Below are positions 1 to 10,282 of a stretch of DNA of 64,000 nt, in pieces (within the stretch, counting starts at the first letter, position 1; each line of letters begins with the position of its first letter). The stretch spans positions 24,573 to 88,572 of IMG/VR virus record IMGVR_UViG_3300018044_000001; one strand, written 5' to 3'. The translations under genes and the position numbers were made by a program. Below the pieces are notes generated by a model, which saw only the letters and a program-made list of their open reading frames with translations, searched no databases and had not been told where the DNA came from. This stretch comes from a virus.

Positions 1-79
1 TCTGCTGCGATCTTCACGAAGGCCGTCGATGCGGCATCCAATGCCGTGCGGTCAGACTGGACCTGTGCTTGTGGCGTCG

Positions 80-643
80 TCATAGTTCCTTGCTTTCGGG
101 TGGAGTTGCATTGAGAATGCGAGCGAGATCAGCGGGCATACAAATGACCGTCGCCACATCTGCTACCAAACCAACGGGTATCCATGCCTCGCACGCGTAG
201 GCAGAACAAATCAAGTGATTCCCGTCACCGAGTACGAGCCGCGTGTGAAAGATTGAGTTCAGTGTCTCCGCAAATATGGTCAGAAACCCATACTTGACGC
301 CGAGCTTGGTTCGCACGTAGTTGAGCGTCACGGCGATTTGATCGCCCATCACGAGGGGAGATACGACCGCATACAGCAGGTGTTTGTAATCCGCGATGGC
401 CGTCAACACGATCCCGTGCGGTCCGGCCTCGGCGATGGTTTCGTTGTCTACGAAGATGGCGGCATGGTTGGCCCACGCGTAGGCGCGGTCCGTCCTGCGC
501 AACCACTCGCCGAAGCGAATGGCGCGCGGGATGAAGCCGCTTTTCTTGAGCAGCAACATGTCGCCGGGTTGCGCGTCGGTACACGCAACGTTCTCGGGGA
601 ACCAGCGTATCGTGTGCAGTGGTACGCAGACCAAACTAGTCAC
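80..643 (-). CDS. Permuted papain-like (NlpC/P60, YiiX/YebB-like) amidase/peptidase
   Basis: QPGDMLL, NHAAIF, GVKYG and LICS motifs, with His before Cys as in permuted NlpC/P60. Confidence 0.7.
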   Translation of the reverse strand: MTSLVCVPLHTIRWFPENVACTDAQPGDMLLLKKSGFIPRAIRFGEWLRRTDRAYAWANHAAIFVDNETIAEAGPHGIVLTAIADYKHLLYAVVSPLVMGDQIAVTLNYVRTKLGVKYGFLTIFAETLNSIFHTRLVLGDGNHLICSAYACEAWIPVGLVADVATVICMPADLARILNATPPESKEL

Positions 644-1461
644 AGTTGCTTGATGTCGGCTTCAAGTGCCGCAATCTTTAGACTGGTCGGTCCTTTGCCT
701 GCCTTGATTGCTTGGTCGCTTACGCACGCGTAGGCTTCATCGAGGTAGTTCGATAGAAACTCTTCGGTCACGCCAATGAGTGCACCCCACGTAACTGCCC
801 AGAACATCTTGGTTGGCGAGTCATACCCAGTAAGCAACACGTCATGTCCACCGAGAATCTGTGAACCCGGCACGTACGTCCACGTGTGCGGGAACTGGTC
901 CTCAGCAGACTGTGGCAACTGGACGCCAACGTTCGCAGATCCACACAGGTAGATGGCGTTCTTAACATCATCGAGATTGGTATAGTCGACAGGTGCATAC
1001 GCGCCGAGCTTGATGCCGTTGAATGCCGTCTTCGTCCACGTTGTGAACGCGGTGCTGATCTCAAGGCCGGTGTCGTACTGGTCAGGGTTGGTGAACAGTT
1101 GCTCGGGCGTGCAACCGGCTAGTTTGCAGTACACCTCTACGTCTGTATTCGATGACCATGCTGCGTCTTGTGGACCATGCGAGCCGAAGTTATAGTTGTT
1201 GCTCAACGTGAAGTGGTCGAACCCGCCACCTACGACGCAATCGCCACAGCCACCCCAACCAGGAGGCACACCAGGAAGCGTCACGGTCGGATCTGGACCG
1301 TTCGCGGCCATGCCCCAAGGAACCGTGACCCTGGCGCCGTAGTGCGCGTGCGGCGGTGGCGCGGGTAGTGCCTCCTCAAAGTACGTCTTGAAATCTGGCA
1401 GGTCGGGTCGCTTTGCTGCGAGCTTGCCGAGCAAACCGTGGGCCGTGCTAGGTACAGTCAT
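640..1461 (-). CDS. Papain-like cysteine peptidase, possibly lysis-related
   Basis: GDCV, GGHDVLLTGYD and VTWG motifs; lies downstream of the tail genes. Confidence 0.6.
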   Translation of the reverse strand: MTVPSTAHGLLGKLAAKRPDLPDFKTYFEEALPAPPPHAHYGARVTVPWGMAANGPDPTVTLPGVPPGWGGCGDCVVGGGFDHFTLSNNYNFGSHGPQDAAWSSNTDVEVYCKLAGCTPEQLFTNPDQYDTGLEISTAFTTWTKTAFNGIKLGAYAPVDYTNLDDVKNAIYLCGSANVGVQLPQSAEDQFPHTWTYVPGSQILGGHDVLLTGYDSPTKMFWAVTWGALIGVTEEFLSNYLDEAYACVSDQAIKAGKGPTSLKIAALEADIKQL

Positions 1462-1504
1462 TTCTCTCCTTGGTTGTGTGAAAGTCCATGCTTTCTACTG
1501 CGGA

Positions 1505-2485
1505 TTAAATCGCTAGGCCAGCAACAGCAGCGGGAAACGTAATGGTGTAGTCAATCACGCCGGTTGACAGGTTGATGCGCTGTGCCGTTGATCCAATGCC
1601 GACCCATGCATGATCGCCGTCAGGGTCAAGACAAATACCGCCCGATAGTCCGCTGACGGGCCAATATGCACCAGCGACATTGCTCGTTGTCGTAGCTGCG
1701 ATATACCCGTCGATAGTATCGCAATACCAGATCGTTCCGTTGTCGGCCGTGAGTGCTAGCCATGATGCGTTTATGGTGGAAAGATACTCGCTGATCGTGT
1801 AGGAATTGCTCTCTATCTGGGCCTGTGTCACGACATAGATGAAGCCAGTGCGAAGGTCTGATACGTAGACAGTATTGCCGCCACCCTTCACGACAAGGAG
1901 TCCACAGAAAGCCCCTGTGCCACCACCCGGAACCACAACGCTTCCAAAGGCTTCATATGCATACCCGACCATCACCGCGGACTTGTGGCTCGGGGCGTCT
2001 GTTACACCGCCCGTCCCGGCAGAGGAGTAGGAGTGAGGAAGTTCGTAGTCCCCCGTCGCCCAGTCGTATTGTCCCGCCTGGCCCCCGGCAGAAAAGCTCC
2101 AACCCCCGAACGAGTTGTAGTAGACGGTCCCATAAGGCCCTGGGTTCGGGCCACCGATGAAGCTGGGCCAACCCGTAAGGGATTCGCCCGAGACCCCGAC
2201 CCAGACGACCCCCCACGAGACGATGTGCGGTCTCGTCTGGCCCTCGATGTAGGTCGCGTAGACGACGCAGGTCACGGCCACAATGTCGCCGCTGGGTGAA
2301 AGTTGCACGTTGGATGGCGTCGTGTTCGGTGCGTAAAAATCGAAGACAGGACTGAGTGTTGGCAAATAGTCACCAGGAGGAAACAGGTAGTCTTGAAGAC
2401 TGATCGCAGTACCCGTCACAAGCGAACTCGTATTAGCGGGTTGAATCGTACCCAAACTCGGGATTGCAGCCCAAAGAATGCCCAT
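1505..2485 (-). CDS. Minor tail or receptor-binding protein (beta-rich)
   Basis: 326-aa Gly/Ser/Thr/aromatic-rich ORF coupled to the tail genes. Confidence 0.45.
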   Translation of the reverse strand: MGILWAAIPSLGTIQPANTSSLVTGTAISLQDYLFPPGDYLPTLSPVFDFYAPNTTPSNVQLSPSGDIVAVTCVVYATYIEGQTRPHIVSWGVVWVGVSGESLTGWPSFIGGPNPGPYGTVYYNSFGGWSFSAGGQAGQYDWATGDYELPHSYSSAGTGGVTDAPSHKSAVMVGYAYEAFGSVVVPGGGTGAFCGLLVVKGGGNTVYVSDLRTGFIYVVTQAQIESNSYTISEYLSTINASWLALTADNGTIWYCDTIDGYIAATTTSNVAGAYWPVSGLSGGICLDPDGDHAWVGIGSTAQRINLSTGVIDYTITFPAAVAGLAI

Positions 2486-2937
2486 TAGAACGCGTGGATG
2501 AACCAGGTCAAGTTGGCTGCACTTGACCCACCGTACACGTCAACCGAAACCTGGAAGTAATCAGTCAATGTACCGGGAATGGTCCATGCCCCTGTGCCTG
2601 GACATTGCGCTAACGCTTGAGTCAACCCTGACGGAATCGTGATCGTTGTGAACTCCGTTCCGTTCAGCCAGAAACCAAGCGTCATGTCATTACTACTTGA
2701 ATCTGCCGTACCAAGCACTCCAGATACGGCGTACACATACCCGCTGTAATTGCGGGGCAAATGATACGAGACGCCAGGACCGAGAAGAGCGACCGCGCCT
2801 GGATAACTGAAGCCCATGTACACGGCAATAGGGCCAGGCGGGTTGTTAGTAATGTTGGTGAAGCCAGATGCCGTGCGCGGTCCAAGTGCACGCAGACTAG
2901 GCGGGTATGGTGGAGCGGGGTTTAGTTGGTCAGTCAT
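2485..2937 (-). CDS. Minor tail protein
   Basis: ATG at 2937 overlaps the upstream stop (ATGA); position in the tail module. Confidence 0.5.
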   Translation of the reverse strand: MTDQLNPAPPYPPSLRALGPRTASGFTNITNNPPGPIAVYMGFSYPGAVALLGPGVSYHLPRNYSGYVYAVSGVLGTADSSSNDMTLGFWLNGTEFTTITIPSGLTQALAQCPGTGAWTIPGTLTDYFQVSVDVYGGSSAANLTWFIHAF

Positions 2938-4895
2938 AATGAGTTCAGTAGTTCGTAGGGACTGAGCACGTAGTTCGTGACCCACTTATCTGGCATCGTG
3001 ACGGTATGCCCAATAGCCTCAATGACGTTATCCTGTGCAAACACAGCGGTATGTGGCAGTCCCGTACCTGGTGCGTTAGCCCTGACGAAATGCACGACAT
3101 CCCACAGTCCCAGGCCGAGCATGTACGGCAGGTTCGCTCCACCATTGGCTGTGGATGCAAGATCAACACTCATCACGCGGACCTGCGATGCTTTGTAGCG
3201 TTGCAGCAGCCACGCCGCCAAGTCGGCCGACGCCTGATCTGGATTGTCTCCCGCTGCTGTCGCGAACAGAAGACCGGTCAAACCACCCGTAGGACCGACA
3301 CGTTGACCGAATTGTACAACACCGCCTGGATCAGCAGCAACCTGTGGATTGCCATTCTGTCTCGTCACGCTGATGATCGGCCACACGTCCTCATCATCGC
3401 GGACGATCTGTGGCTTGGGTTCATAGTTGCAGTTGATCACTCCGTCAACAGATGCGGCAGCCATATCAGTGAAGGCAACTACCGGACTAGGGTTGGATAT
3501 GATGTAGTCACGATCGTAGAAGGTCACCCTGCCTGTCGGACTGACGAACAGCAACCCGTCTTCTGTTTGTTGGATGGATGTCATGTAACTGAACGCGCTG
3601 GTCCCAGTAACGGGGCTTGTCTCTGGTTGCAGGTCCACACAAGACACGGATGCAGGCAACGATGGGGGCAACAGTGACGGATCAGTGACACCAGCGACCG
3701 TCAGACAGTCCACGATGCGCGCGTACGATGTCTCGATCTTGGAGAAATATGACCCGGCGTTGTAGTGACCCGTAATGTCGGGACGCACAGAATAGACGGC
3801 CATCTGACCAAGCAGGCCGGGATAGCTGGGCTGCCAATACGCAGACGCCGTAGTGTTGTTGTAGTAGCCACCGAAGACCACGCTGGCGGCAATCTCGGTG
3901 ATGCCAGGCCCGACACTGGCCGCATCGCAATAGATACCGAACTCACCCGCGACAATGTGATGCCACTTGCCGTCATTGAACGTACACGGCGCACCCACGC
4001 TGGCGGTGACGACGCTGCCTGACATCGTTTGCCAGATCAGTTGTGGTGTTGCAAAGTCAGCGACCAACGCGGCCGAAGTATCCATCGCTTCGTAGATGTA
4101 CGCGTGCTGATCGCGGTTCATACCGGTTGCCTTAGCAGGCACCTGCGTCCAGAACTCAAGCGCGTTATTTGTGCCACCTAAGTCGCACCAGAAATATCCC
4201 TGCGGGTTAGGCGAAGATGACCCGTCGCCAAGGGATACAGCGGTTGACGTGTCATAAAGGATCGGACCCTGATACCCGTAGCCAACGTTATCGGGCATAC
4301 CAGGGGTCAGTCCGTAGTCATCGGCGAGCAGTGTGTGCTCGTTGCCAGAATAGTCCTTGGTCCACTCTGGCCCTAATATCCAGTACGCTGCCGGAGAGTC
4401 ATAGAGCACGGCGTTTTCATACAGGCCGTTTGCCGTTGATTCGCCACCCAACGAGTTAGCGCATCCTGACGAGTTGAGCGATACCTGTGCCAACCATCCC
4501 AACAGGTCGGTAGCCTGTAGCGTCACATCACTGTTAACAGCATCAGGATCAATCTCATTGACAGAGTTGATATATCCGTAGAAGATCGGGTATGTCACGC
4601 TGTGCCACGTCGCCGTGATCTTGATGGGCACCATCGGTACAAGCGGATACGGGAACGTCGCGTCCGTGATCGGAGAGGCGTTGTACGGTGTCCACGGCGC
4701 AAACGTCGCTGTGCGGTTGGTCAGTGTCATCGTCAGTGTCGTCGCTTGGATCTGGTCCAACTCATGCTGACGACCAGCCTTGGTGTTGAACGACTGGACG
4801 TATTCCGAGATGTCGAGCCATTCGGCGACATCATCGAACAGGAGCGTGTATGTTAGCGGTATTTCAACCGCAATGGTCGGCATCTGGAGACTCAT
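2934..4895 (-). CDS. Minor tail/baseplate protein with a LamG-like insert
   Basis: Follows the tape measure gene; GRQHELD...LTNR N-terminus; SPAAYW and NDGKWHHIV LamG-like motifs. Confidence 0.7.
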   Translation of the reverse strand: MSLQMPTIAVEIPLTYTLLFDDVAEWLDISEYVQSFNTKAGRQHELDQIQATTLTMTLTNRTATFAPWTPYNASPITDATFPYPLVPMVPIKITATWHSVTYPIFYGYINSVNEIDPDAVNSDVTLQATDLLGWLAQVSLNSSGCANSLGGESTANGLYENAVLYDSPAAYWILGPEWTKDYSGNEHTLLADDYGLTPGMPDNVGYGYQGPILYDTSTAVSLGDGSSSPNPQGYFWCDLGGTNNALEFWTQVPAKATGMNRDQHAYIYEAMDTSAALVADFATPQLIWQTMSGSVVTASVGAPCTFNDGKWHHIVAGEFGIYCDAASVGPGITEIAASVVFGGYYNNTTASAYWQPSYPGLLGQMAVYSVRPDITGHYNAGSYFSKIETSYARIVDCLTVAGVTDPSLLPPSLPASVSCVDLQPETSPVTGTSAFSYMTSIQQTEDGLLFVSPTGRVTFYDRDYIISNPSPVVAFTDMAAASVDGVINCNYEPKPQIVRDDEDVWPIISVTRQNGNPQVAADPGGVVQFGQRVGPTGGLTGLLFATAAGDNPDQASADLAAWLLQRYKASQVRVMSVDLASTANGGANLPYMLGLGLWDVVHFVRANAPGTGLPHTAVFAQDNVIEAIGHTVTMPDKWVTNYVLSPYELLNSL

Positions 4896-4921
4896 GACAC
4901 ACCCCCTTTATTCACGGGTGA

Positions 4922-7900
4922 TTATGTCCAGCCACTAGCGAACTGACCCCACGCGTTGCCGCGGCTACGCATGAGCTGCAAGATGTCAGTCTGGACCATG
5001 AGAGCGATCTGGCGCGGGTCTTGGTTGCTGTTGATCTCAATGTGGATATCGCCAAAAGTGACGTTGCCGCCGCCAGTGCTTGTAGTGGCAGCGACAGATG
5101 GGATACCAGTCGTGATGTTGCCTCTGGCCATTGCCTGTTGTGTCTGCTGGGGATTCAGGACAAGTTCAGGACCAGACTCACCTATCAACGCGAAGGATGG
5201 ACGAGTCACCAGACCACCACCAGCAACGTGCAAGAAATTTTCCAGCCCATGCACGACGCCGCCAGCAAGACCCGCCGCTCCAGCAATGGCACCGCCACCA
5301 GGAATGTGCGAGATGATCTCATGCCAAATCTTGGAACCGATGTCGCCCAACGCGCTGATGATGCGACCAGGAAGTGCCTTAAAGAAGTTCACGATCGGGT
5401 CCAGTACGTGTGTCTCGATCCAGGTGCCTGAAGTCTCAAGTGCACCCCAAATCGTTGACACGATATTGCCCATGCCGCTGACGATGCGACCAGGGAGTGC
5501 AGTGAAGAAGTTGACGACCGGTGCGATTACGTTGGTGTCAACCCATGTCGCAGATGTCTTGAGTCCACCCCAAATGATCGAAGCAATGTCACCCAAACCA
5601 GACAGGATGCGACCGGGTAGGCCGGTGAAGAACGAGACGACGGGGGTCAGGACGTTTGCATTGATCCATGAGGCCGAGGACTTCAGCGCGCCCCATATTG
5701 TCGATACGACGTTGCCAAATGCGGACGAGATACGACCAGGGAGTGCAGTGAAAAAGTCCACGATACCATCAACGACACGCTTGATATCGGGCAAGATATC
5801 ACCAAAATGCGAGCTGACCCACTCTACGATGTCTTCAAAGAAATGGATGATCTGCTTGTGGAACATGATAAACAGGGCCAAGGCTGGCGAAATAGGAGCT
5901 AGCAGAATCTCTGCAAGCAACTCCCAGTGCTTCTTGATCCAACCGACTACGGCGTCAAAGGCGCGCTCGATTGGCTGGATAAAGTCGTTGTCTATGGCGT
6001 GCCAAGCGTCTTCGAATGGCGCGGCGATATCATGACCTATCCTCTTGAAGAAGTCTTCAATGGCCGACCAATGCTTGATGATCAGTGTTGCCCCGGCAGC
6101 GAGTGCCAACACTGCCGTTGTCACAGGGAAGAACGCCGCAGCGATGGCAACCAGTGCGGCGATCAACAGCGGTTTGTGATCGACCAGAAATGTGAAGACC
6201 TTGCTGATGCCTTTCCATAATAGGTCAAGCGCTGGTTCGACATCTTTCCATACCGACTTTATGGCAGCAGAAATCTGAGGCCAGTCTTTGATGAACCCTT
6301 GAACCACCTTCTCGACTACGCCCAAGAGCTTCCCTAGAACAGGGATCAACTTCTCGCCAAGTGATGTCAGTAGGTCATCGGCCGTCGCCTTCATTGTCTT
6401 GAACTCGACAGAGAGTGTCTGACTCTGAATCGCCGCGCCGCGCTGCGCCGATCCCATCTTGGTGACCGATGCAACAGCCTTGTCGTAAGCACCAGCACCG
6501 CTCTGTATGGTGGTAACAAGCTTGCCTGCTCCCGAACCAAGGCCACGTGCTGTCAACTCCGCGGTAGCCTGCGCAGTGGACATGCCCGCAATCTTGTCGT
6601 GCAATTGCCCAATGATGGAGGACGTGCCGATGAACTGGCCCTTGCTGTTCAACACTGTGATGCCAAGTTTCTGGTATGCCTCGTTGGATACTTTGGCGGC
6701 ATCGGCAGAACTCTTGAACTTGCCCCACAACACTGTGTTCTCTACGCTCAGACCCTTGGTAGCATCGGTCACTGCCGTGGTGCTCATCGTGCCCTTTTGA
6801 TATTCGGCGGCAAGCGCACGGAGGCTCGGCGGCAAGTTCTGCAACGTGACATTCATTGCGATCTGAGTCTTTTGTGCCTCAGATGCAGGCTTTAACAGGG
6901 CCGTAAAGGTCGTCGTCAGTGCACTCATGGCTTGACGACCCGACTCACCGTGGTTTGTCAAGTCGACCATCAAACCGGCAAGATCGCCAATCGGCGGTGC
7001 CATGGCACCAATGCGAGTCTTGGCGCGTATCATGGCCGAACTGAGCGAGTCAACGCCTTGTCCTGTCGCGTTGGACGCGTTGAACAGGATGTTCGAAACA
7101 CCAGCGGCGTCCTTTGCACCCATGCTGAATGCCTGCAAAGTCTTGGCGACCGTTGACGTTGCATCACTCAAGCTGATCTGCTTGGCCGTGGCGAGATCGG
7201 CAGCGGCGTTCATCACCTGCGTGGCCTGTGCCGTCGTCAGCACGCTGCCCTGTACGGACTCCAACTGGCCAGCAACACCAGCATATGCTTGGGCCATTTC
7301 CTTGCCGCTGAACTCAGACTTGCCAGCAGTGTCGAGAAAAGCGTTGCCGATAGCAGTGGCATTCTTGATGGACTCACCAGCGGCTACGGCAATCGCAGCG
7401 TTGGCGGATTGCATCTGGTCGCCAAAGTGGAGGGCAAGTGCACCAGTGCCAACTATGCCCGCGCCGAGTGCACCCCACCCACCGAGCAGCGCGTTGGGTA
7501 CGCCCATGTTGCCGAGCATCTTCTTGATGCCACCACTGCTCTTTTCGGCACTACTGCCGACCTTCTCGGCCTTGGTGCCAATCTTCTCTACGTCAGCACC
7601 CGTCTTCTCTGCTACGGTACTGACACCACCGAGAGATCCGCCAATGCCCGCCGCAGCCACCGCAACATCATCACGGGCACCAGTAGCGGCAATGCCGACG
7701 CCACCAATAGCGCCGCCAATGTCTGATGCTGCACCTGCAACGGTGTCACTGGCCGTGCTGGCAGCGATACCAATGCCACCAACGGATTCAGCGGCGATAC
7801 CCGCCGCGCCTGCAACGTCATCGCTGGCACTACGTGCGGCGACACCAACGCCACCGACTGCGCCAGCAGCGTCCGCAGCGTCAGACTTGATACCGCTCAG

Positions 7901-8053
7901 TCCCGTGCTAGCACCCATCGCGTCAAGTTCGCCAGTGGATGTCTCGGCAGACGCGCCAAGCTCGGCCATTTGTGCCTTGGCTTCGTCCATCTTGGCCGTG
8001 AACTCATCGGTGTTGGCGATCAGCGTTGCAATAACGGGATCAAGTACTGGCAT
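4922..8053 (-). CDS. Tail tape measure protein
   Basis: 1043 aa, Ala/Gly-rich helical; periodic FFTALPGRI repeats; C-terminal GESGPE motif; follows the chaperone gene. Confidence 0.92.
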   Translation of the reverse strand: MPVLDPVIATLIANTDEFTAKMDEAKAQMAELGASAETSTGELDAMGASTGLSGIKSDAADAAGAVGGVGVAARSASDDVAGAAGIAAESVGGIGIAASTASDTVAGAASDIGGAIGGVGIAATGARDDVAVAAAGIGGSLGGVSTVAEKTGADVEKIGTKAEKVGSSAEKSSGGIKKMLGNMGVPNALLGGWGALGAGIVGTGALALHFGDQMQSANAAIAVAAGESIKNATAIGNAFLDTAGKSEFSGKEMAQAYAGVAGQLESVQGSVLTTAQATQVMNAAADLATAKQISLSDATSTVAKTLQAFSMGAKDAAGVSNILFNASNATGQGVDSLSSAMIRAKTRIGAMAPPIGDLAGLMVDLTNHGESGRQAMSALTTTFTALLKPASEAQKTQIAMNVTLQNLPPSLRALAAEYQKGTMSTTAVTDATKGLSVENTVLWGKFKSSADAAKVSNEAYQKLGITVLNSKGQFIGTSSIIGQLHDKIAGMSTAQATAELTARGLGSGAGKLVTTIQSGAGAYDKAVASVTKMGSAQRGAAIQSQTLSVEFKTMKATADDLLTSLGEKLIPVLGKLLGVVEKVVQGFIKDWPQISAAIKSVWKDVEPALDLLWKGISKVFTFLVDHKPLLIAALVAIAAAFFPVTTAVLALAAGATLIIKHWSAIEDFFKRIGHDIAAPFEDAWHAIDNDFIQPIERAFDAVVGWIKKHWELLAEILLAPISPALALFIMFHKQIIHFFEDIVEWVSSHFGDILPDIKRVVDGIVDFFTALPGRISSAFGNVVSTIWGALKSSASWINANVLTPVVSFFTGLPGRILSGLGDIASIIWGGLKTSATWVDTNVIAPVVNFFTALPGRIVSGMGNIVSTIWGALETSGTWIETHVLDPIVNFFKALPGRIISALGDIGSKIWHEIISHIPGGGAIAGAAGLAGGVVHGLENFLHVAGGGLVTRPSFALIGESGPELVLNPQQTQQAMARGNITTGIPSVAATTSTGGGNVTFGDIHIEINSNQDPRQIALMVQTDILQLMRSRGNAWGQFASGWT

Positions 8054-8061
8054 TGTCTCCC

Positions 8062-8310
8062 CTAAATCAACAGGGTCTTGTTGTCTGCTGCTAGTTCGGC
8101 GGCGACTTCGTTGTACACGCCGTGTATCTTGAGCAACAACGTCACTTCGTCATAGGGACGCGCGTCGTACTCGGCAGGGGTAGCGCCAAACAACTTACAA
8201 AATCGGTACATGCGGAATGCCTCTGCTGTCTCTGGTGACAGGGGCGTCAGGAGCGTCTTGCCGGTGAGTGCTAGCTTGAGTCGGTGGAGTTCGCGATAGG
8301 GGCTTTTGGG
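8062..8310 (-). CDS. -1 frameshift extension of the chaperone (gpGT T-segment)
   Basis: C CCA AAA heptamer at 8310-8304; -1 frame open to TAG at 8062 (PKSPYRELHRLKLAL...KTLLI), just before the tape measure gene. Confidence 0.85.
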   Translation of the reverse strand, partial: PKSPYRELHRLKLALTGKTLLTPLSPETAEAFRMYRFCKLFGATPAEYDARPYDEVTLLLKIHGVYNEVAAELAADNKTLLI

Positions 8311-8693
8311 TCAGGACTGACCTCAAACTCATCCTCGCCAAACTTGATACCAGCAACGGCAGCGACAGTCAGTGGCGTGTAAATGGACATCGGGAGGTTG
8401 TCCACGTCGTCTGCACTCTGAGGCAATGGGCGATCAATCGTCCACGAGACTAGCCTCAGGTGCACGCAGGTGCGCTGGAATAGGTCGATGGTATCCATGT
8501 CGTCGGCAGTGAGATGCGCGGCCTGTGTCCACGTATCGGGGTCGGCAGGATCGAATCCGAATTCCTTGAGGTGCAGCGCGGTGCCAGCAGCGGTCAGTTG
8601 CGACTTGGATAGCAGCTTCATTTCCCTGTTGGTCAGTTCGGACTTTTCCTTCAGGACTGCGGTGCCACCAGGGATGGTGATTTCGGTTGTCAT
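8271..8693 (-). CDS. Tail assembly chaperone (gpG-like)
   Basis: ATG at 8693; LVSWTIDRPLP motif; ends DPKAP over a slippery site. Confidence 0.85.
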   Translation of the reverse strand: MTTEITIPGGTAVLKEKSELTNREMKLLSKSQLTAAGTALHLKEFGFDPADPDTWTQAAHLTADDMDTIDLFQRTCVHLRLVSWTIDRPLPQSADDVDNLPMSIYTPLTVAAVAGIKFGEDEFEVSPDPKAPIANSTDSS

Positions 8694-9022
8694 TGCGCTC
8701 TTGTCTCCTTGCGCTTGTCGTATTGGTATGCTGCTGTATCGACCGCGGCGACGGCTATAAGCCAGTCCACCGCGTCGGGGTCGTTCTTGTCTGTCTCTAG
8801 GAACTGCTCGTGAGTGCAACCAGTGAAGATCTTCCTATACGCGAACTCCCTGAGATACTTGACGGCGGTCTCACAATCGTCCAGTTCCTCGGGTCCGATG
8901 TAGTTGTCGCGTCGTAACGCGGAAAGTCGGCGCAGTTCGGTGTCGGGTGAGCCAGGCGTCTTATCAGGCGCGAAGCTCACCTTTCGACCACTGCGCCGAC
9001 TAAGGATCTGATAGGTTTCCAT
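8690..9022 (-). CDS. Hypothetical protein resembling the gpGT T-segment
   Basis: 110-aa ORF with SD; similarity to the frameshift extension seen by eye. Confidence 0.6.
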   Translation of the reverse strand: METYQILSRRSGRKVSFAPDKTPGSPDTELRRLSALRRDNYIGPEELDDCETAVKYLREFAYRKIFTGCTHEQFLETDKNDPDAVDWLIAVAAVDTAAYQYDKRKETRAQ

Positions 9023-9055
9023 GTGTCCCCTCTTTTGTTTGTGGGATGGTGTAGT

Positions 9056-10021
9056 TTAGTACTGGGCCGAAATGCCGTTGATCGTGACGGTCTGGATCGG
9101 CGAGTAACCGCCGTTTACAGCATCCGTGGTATTCGAGACGGCAACTAGGTCAGCGCTCATGCTGATCCAGTGACGACTTTGATCGATAATCGGGTTCTCA
9201 AGTTGGCACGCGCTCATGGTGAACGTGATGCTGTAGTTCGTGAACGGATCAGTGAACTGGAACGACACCGACTGTTCATTGCGTGTCAATGCTTGGTTGA
9301 AGTACGGGTTGTTTGCCTCCACAACAAAGGAGAACTTGCCGGTCACGTCAATCGGACCAGCCCAGTTACGGTACGGACCTGCTGTTCCAAGTGTCCAGAT
9401 AGGACCAGCCGTGCGCTTGATATCCAGCTGTCCTGTTTCCACTGCCGTTACCGACGCACCACCAATGGATGCCGCGCAGTTCCATGCGGGAATAATGTGC
9501 TGTACTGTTTCGTTCGGGAAGTTCGTAATGGACGCTATGCTCGCCGAAGGATTGCCCATGAACATGAACGTCGTCTCAACAGCAGCGTCAGCCGCGAACG
9601 AGATGGACAGGTTGTCACACTGTGCCGCAACCATACGGTACGTGTTGTCAACACTGTCGTTAACGATCGTATAGGACGGTGGCTGTGAACCAGTGGACGC
9701 GCTGTTAATCAGTCCAATGGTGTGCGACCACGTACTTGCACCTGCACTGGCTACCGTGTCTGTGCTACCAAGCACTGCGCGTAGCAACTGTGGAAACACG
9801 TCCGTGTACAGGAACGTCTTGGCGCTATACTCGTCGTAACGAACACCTTGTACCTGGTCGTACTGGGCAACAGGCGACCCACGGAAGTTAGGGTCGGGAA
9901 GCCAGATTTGCTTAGGTTCAATTTTTGGTGTCGTAACTGGGGTGTATGTAGAGACGGAGGCGGCGGTACCGCGAGTAGCCTCAACCGCCCAACCCGCATA
10001 GCTGTTCGCGGTCATAAACAT
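9056..10021 (-). CDS. Major tail tube protein
   Basis: 321 aa; E-x-T-R-G-T N-terminus, beta-rich; upstream of chaperone and tape measure genes. Confidence 0.85.
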   Translation of the reverse strand: MFMTANSYAGWAVEATRGTAASVSTYTPVTTPKIEPKQIWLPDPNFRGSPVAQYDQVQGVRYDEYSAKTFLYTDVFPQLLRAVLGSTDTVASAGASTWSHTIGLINSASTGSQPPSYTIVNDSVDNTYRMVAAQCDNLSISFAADAAVETTFMFMGNPSASIASITNFPNETVQHIIPAWNCAASIGGASVTAVETGQLDIKRTAGPIWTLGTAGPYRNWAGPIDVTGKFSFVVEANNPYFNQALTRNEQSVSFQFTDPFTNYSITFTMSACQLENPIIDQSRHWISMSADLVAVSNTTDAVNGGYSPIQTVTINGISAQY

Positions 10022-10269
10022 CAGGAATCACTCCTTGTAGTGTCCGAGGCTTCTTCAGCCGCCGACTCGTCTTCTGGTTCTTGTACTACTGTCTTAACGT
10101 CGCCCACCTTTGTTTCAGGCACTTCATCTACGACCAACTCCAACAACGGATGACCGATAGGTACTGGCCAGTCAATCGTGTCGCCTTTGTTGGGAGCGAA
10201 TGTATGACCGTCCTTGACTAGCGAGATAAAGACGGTGGGAAGATCCCCGAGATATCTGTAGGTGGGCAT
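10021..10269 (-). CDS. Small hypothetical protein of the head-tail region
   Basis: 82-aa ORF with GGAG SD, coupled to the tail tube gene. Confidence 0.6.
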   Translation of the reverse strand: MPTYRYLGDLPTVFISLVKDGHTFAPNKGDTIDWPVPIGHPLLELVVDEVPETKVGDVKTVVQEPEDESAAEEASDTTRSDS

Positions 10270-10282
10270 TATGCTCCTAAAA

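Noticed and set aside
4956-8132. Long plus-strand ORFs (359 and 376 aa), with similar ones at 27933-28850 and 33333-35579
   Set aside because: Antisense shadows of GC-rich, Ala-rich minus-strand genes; no motifs
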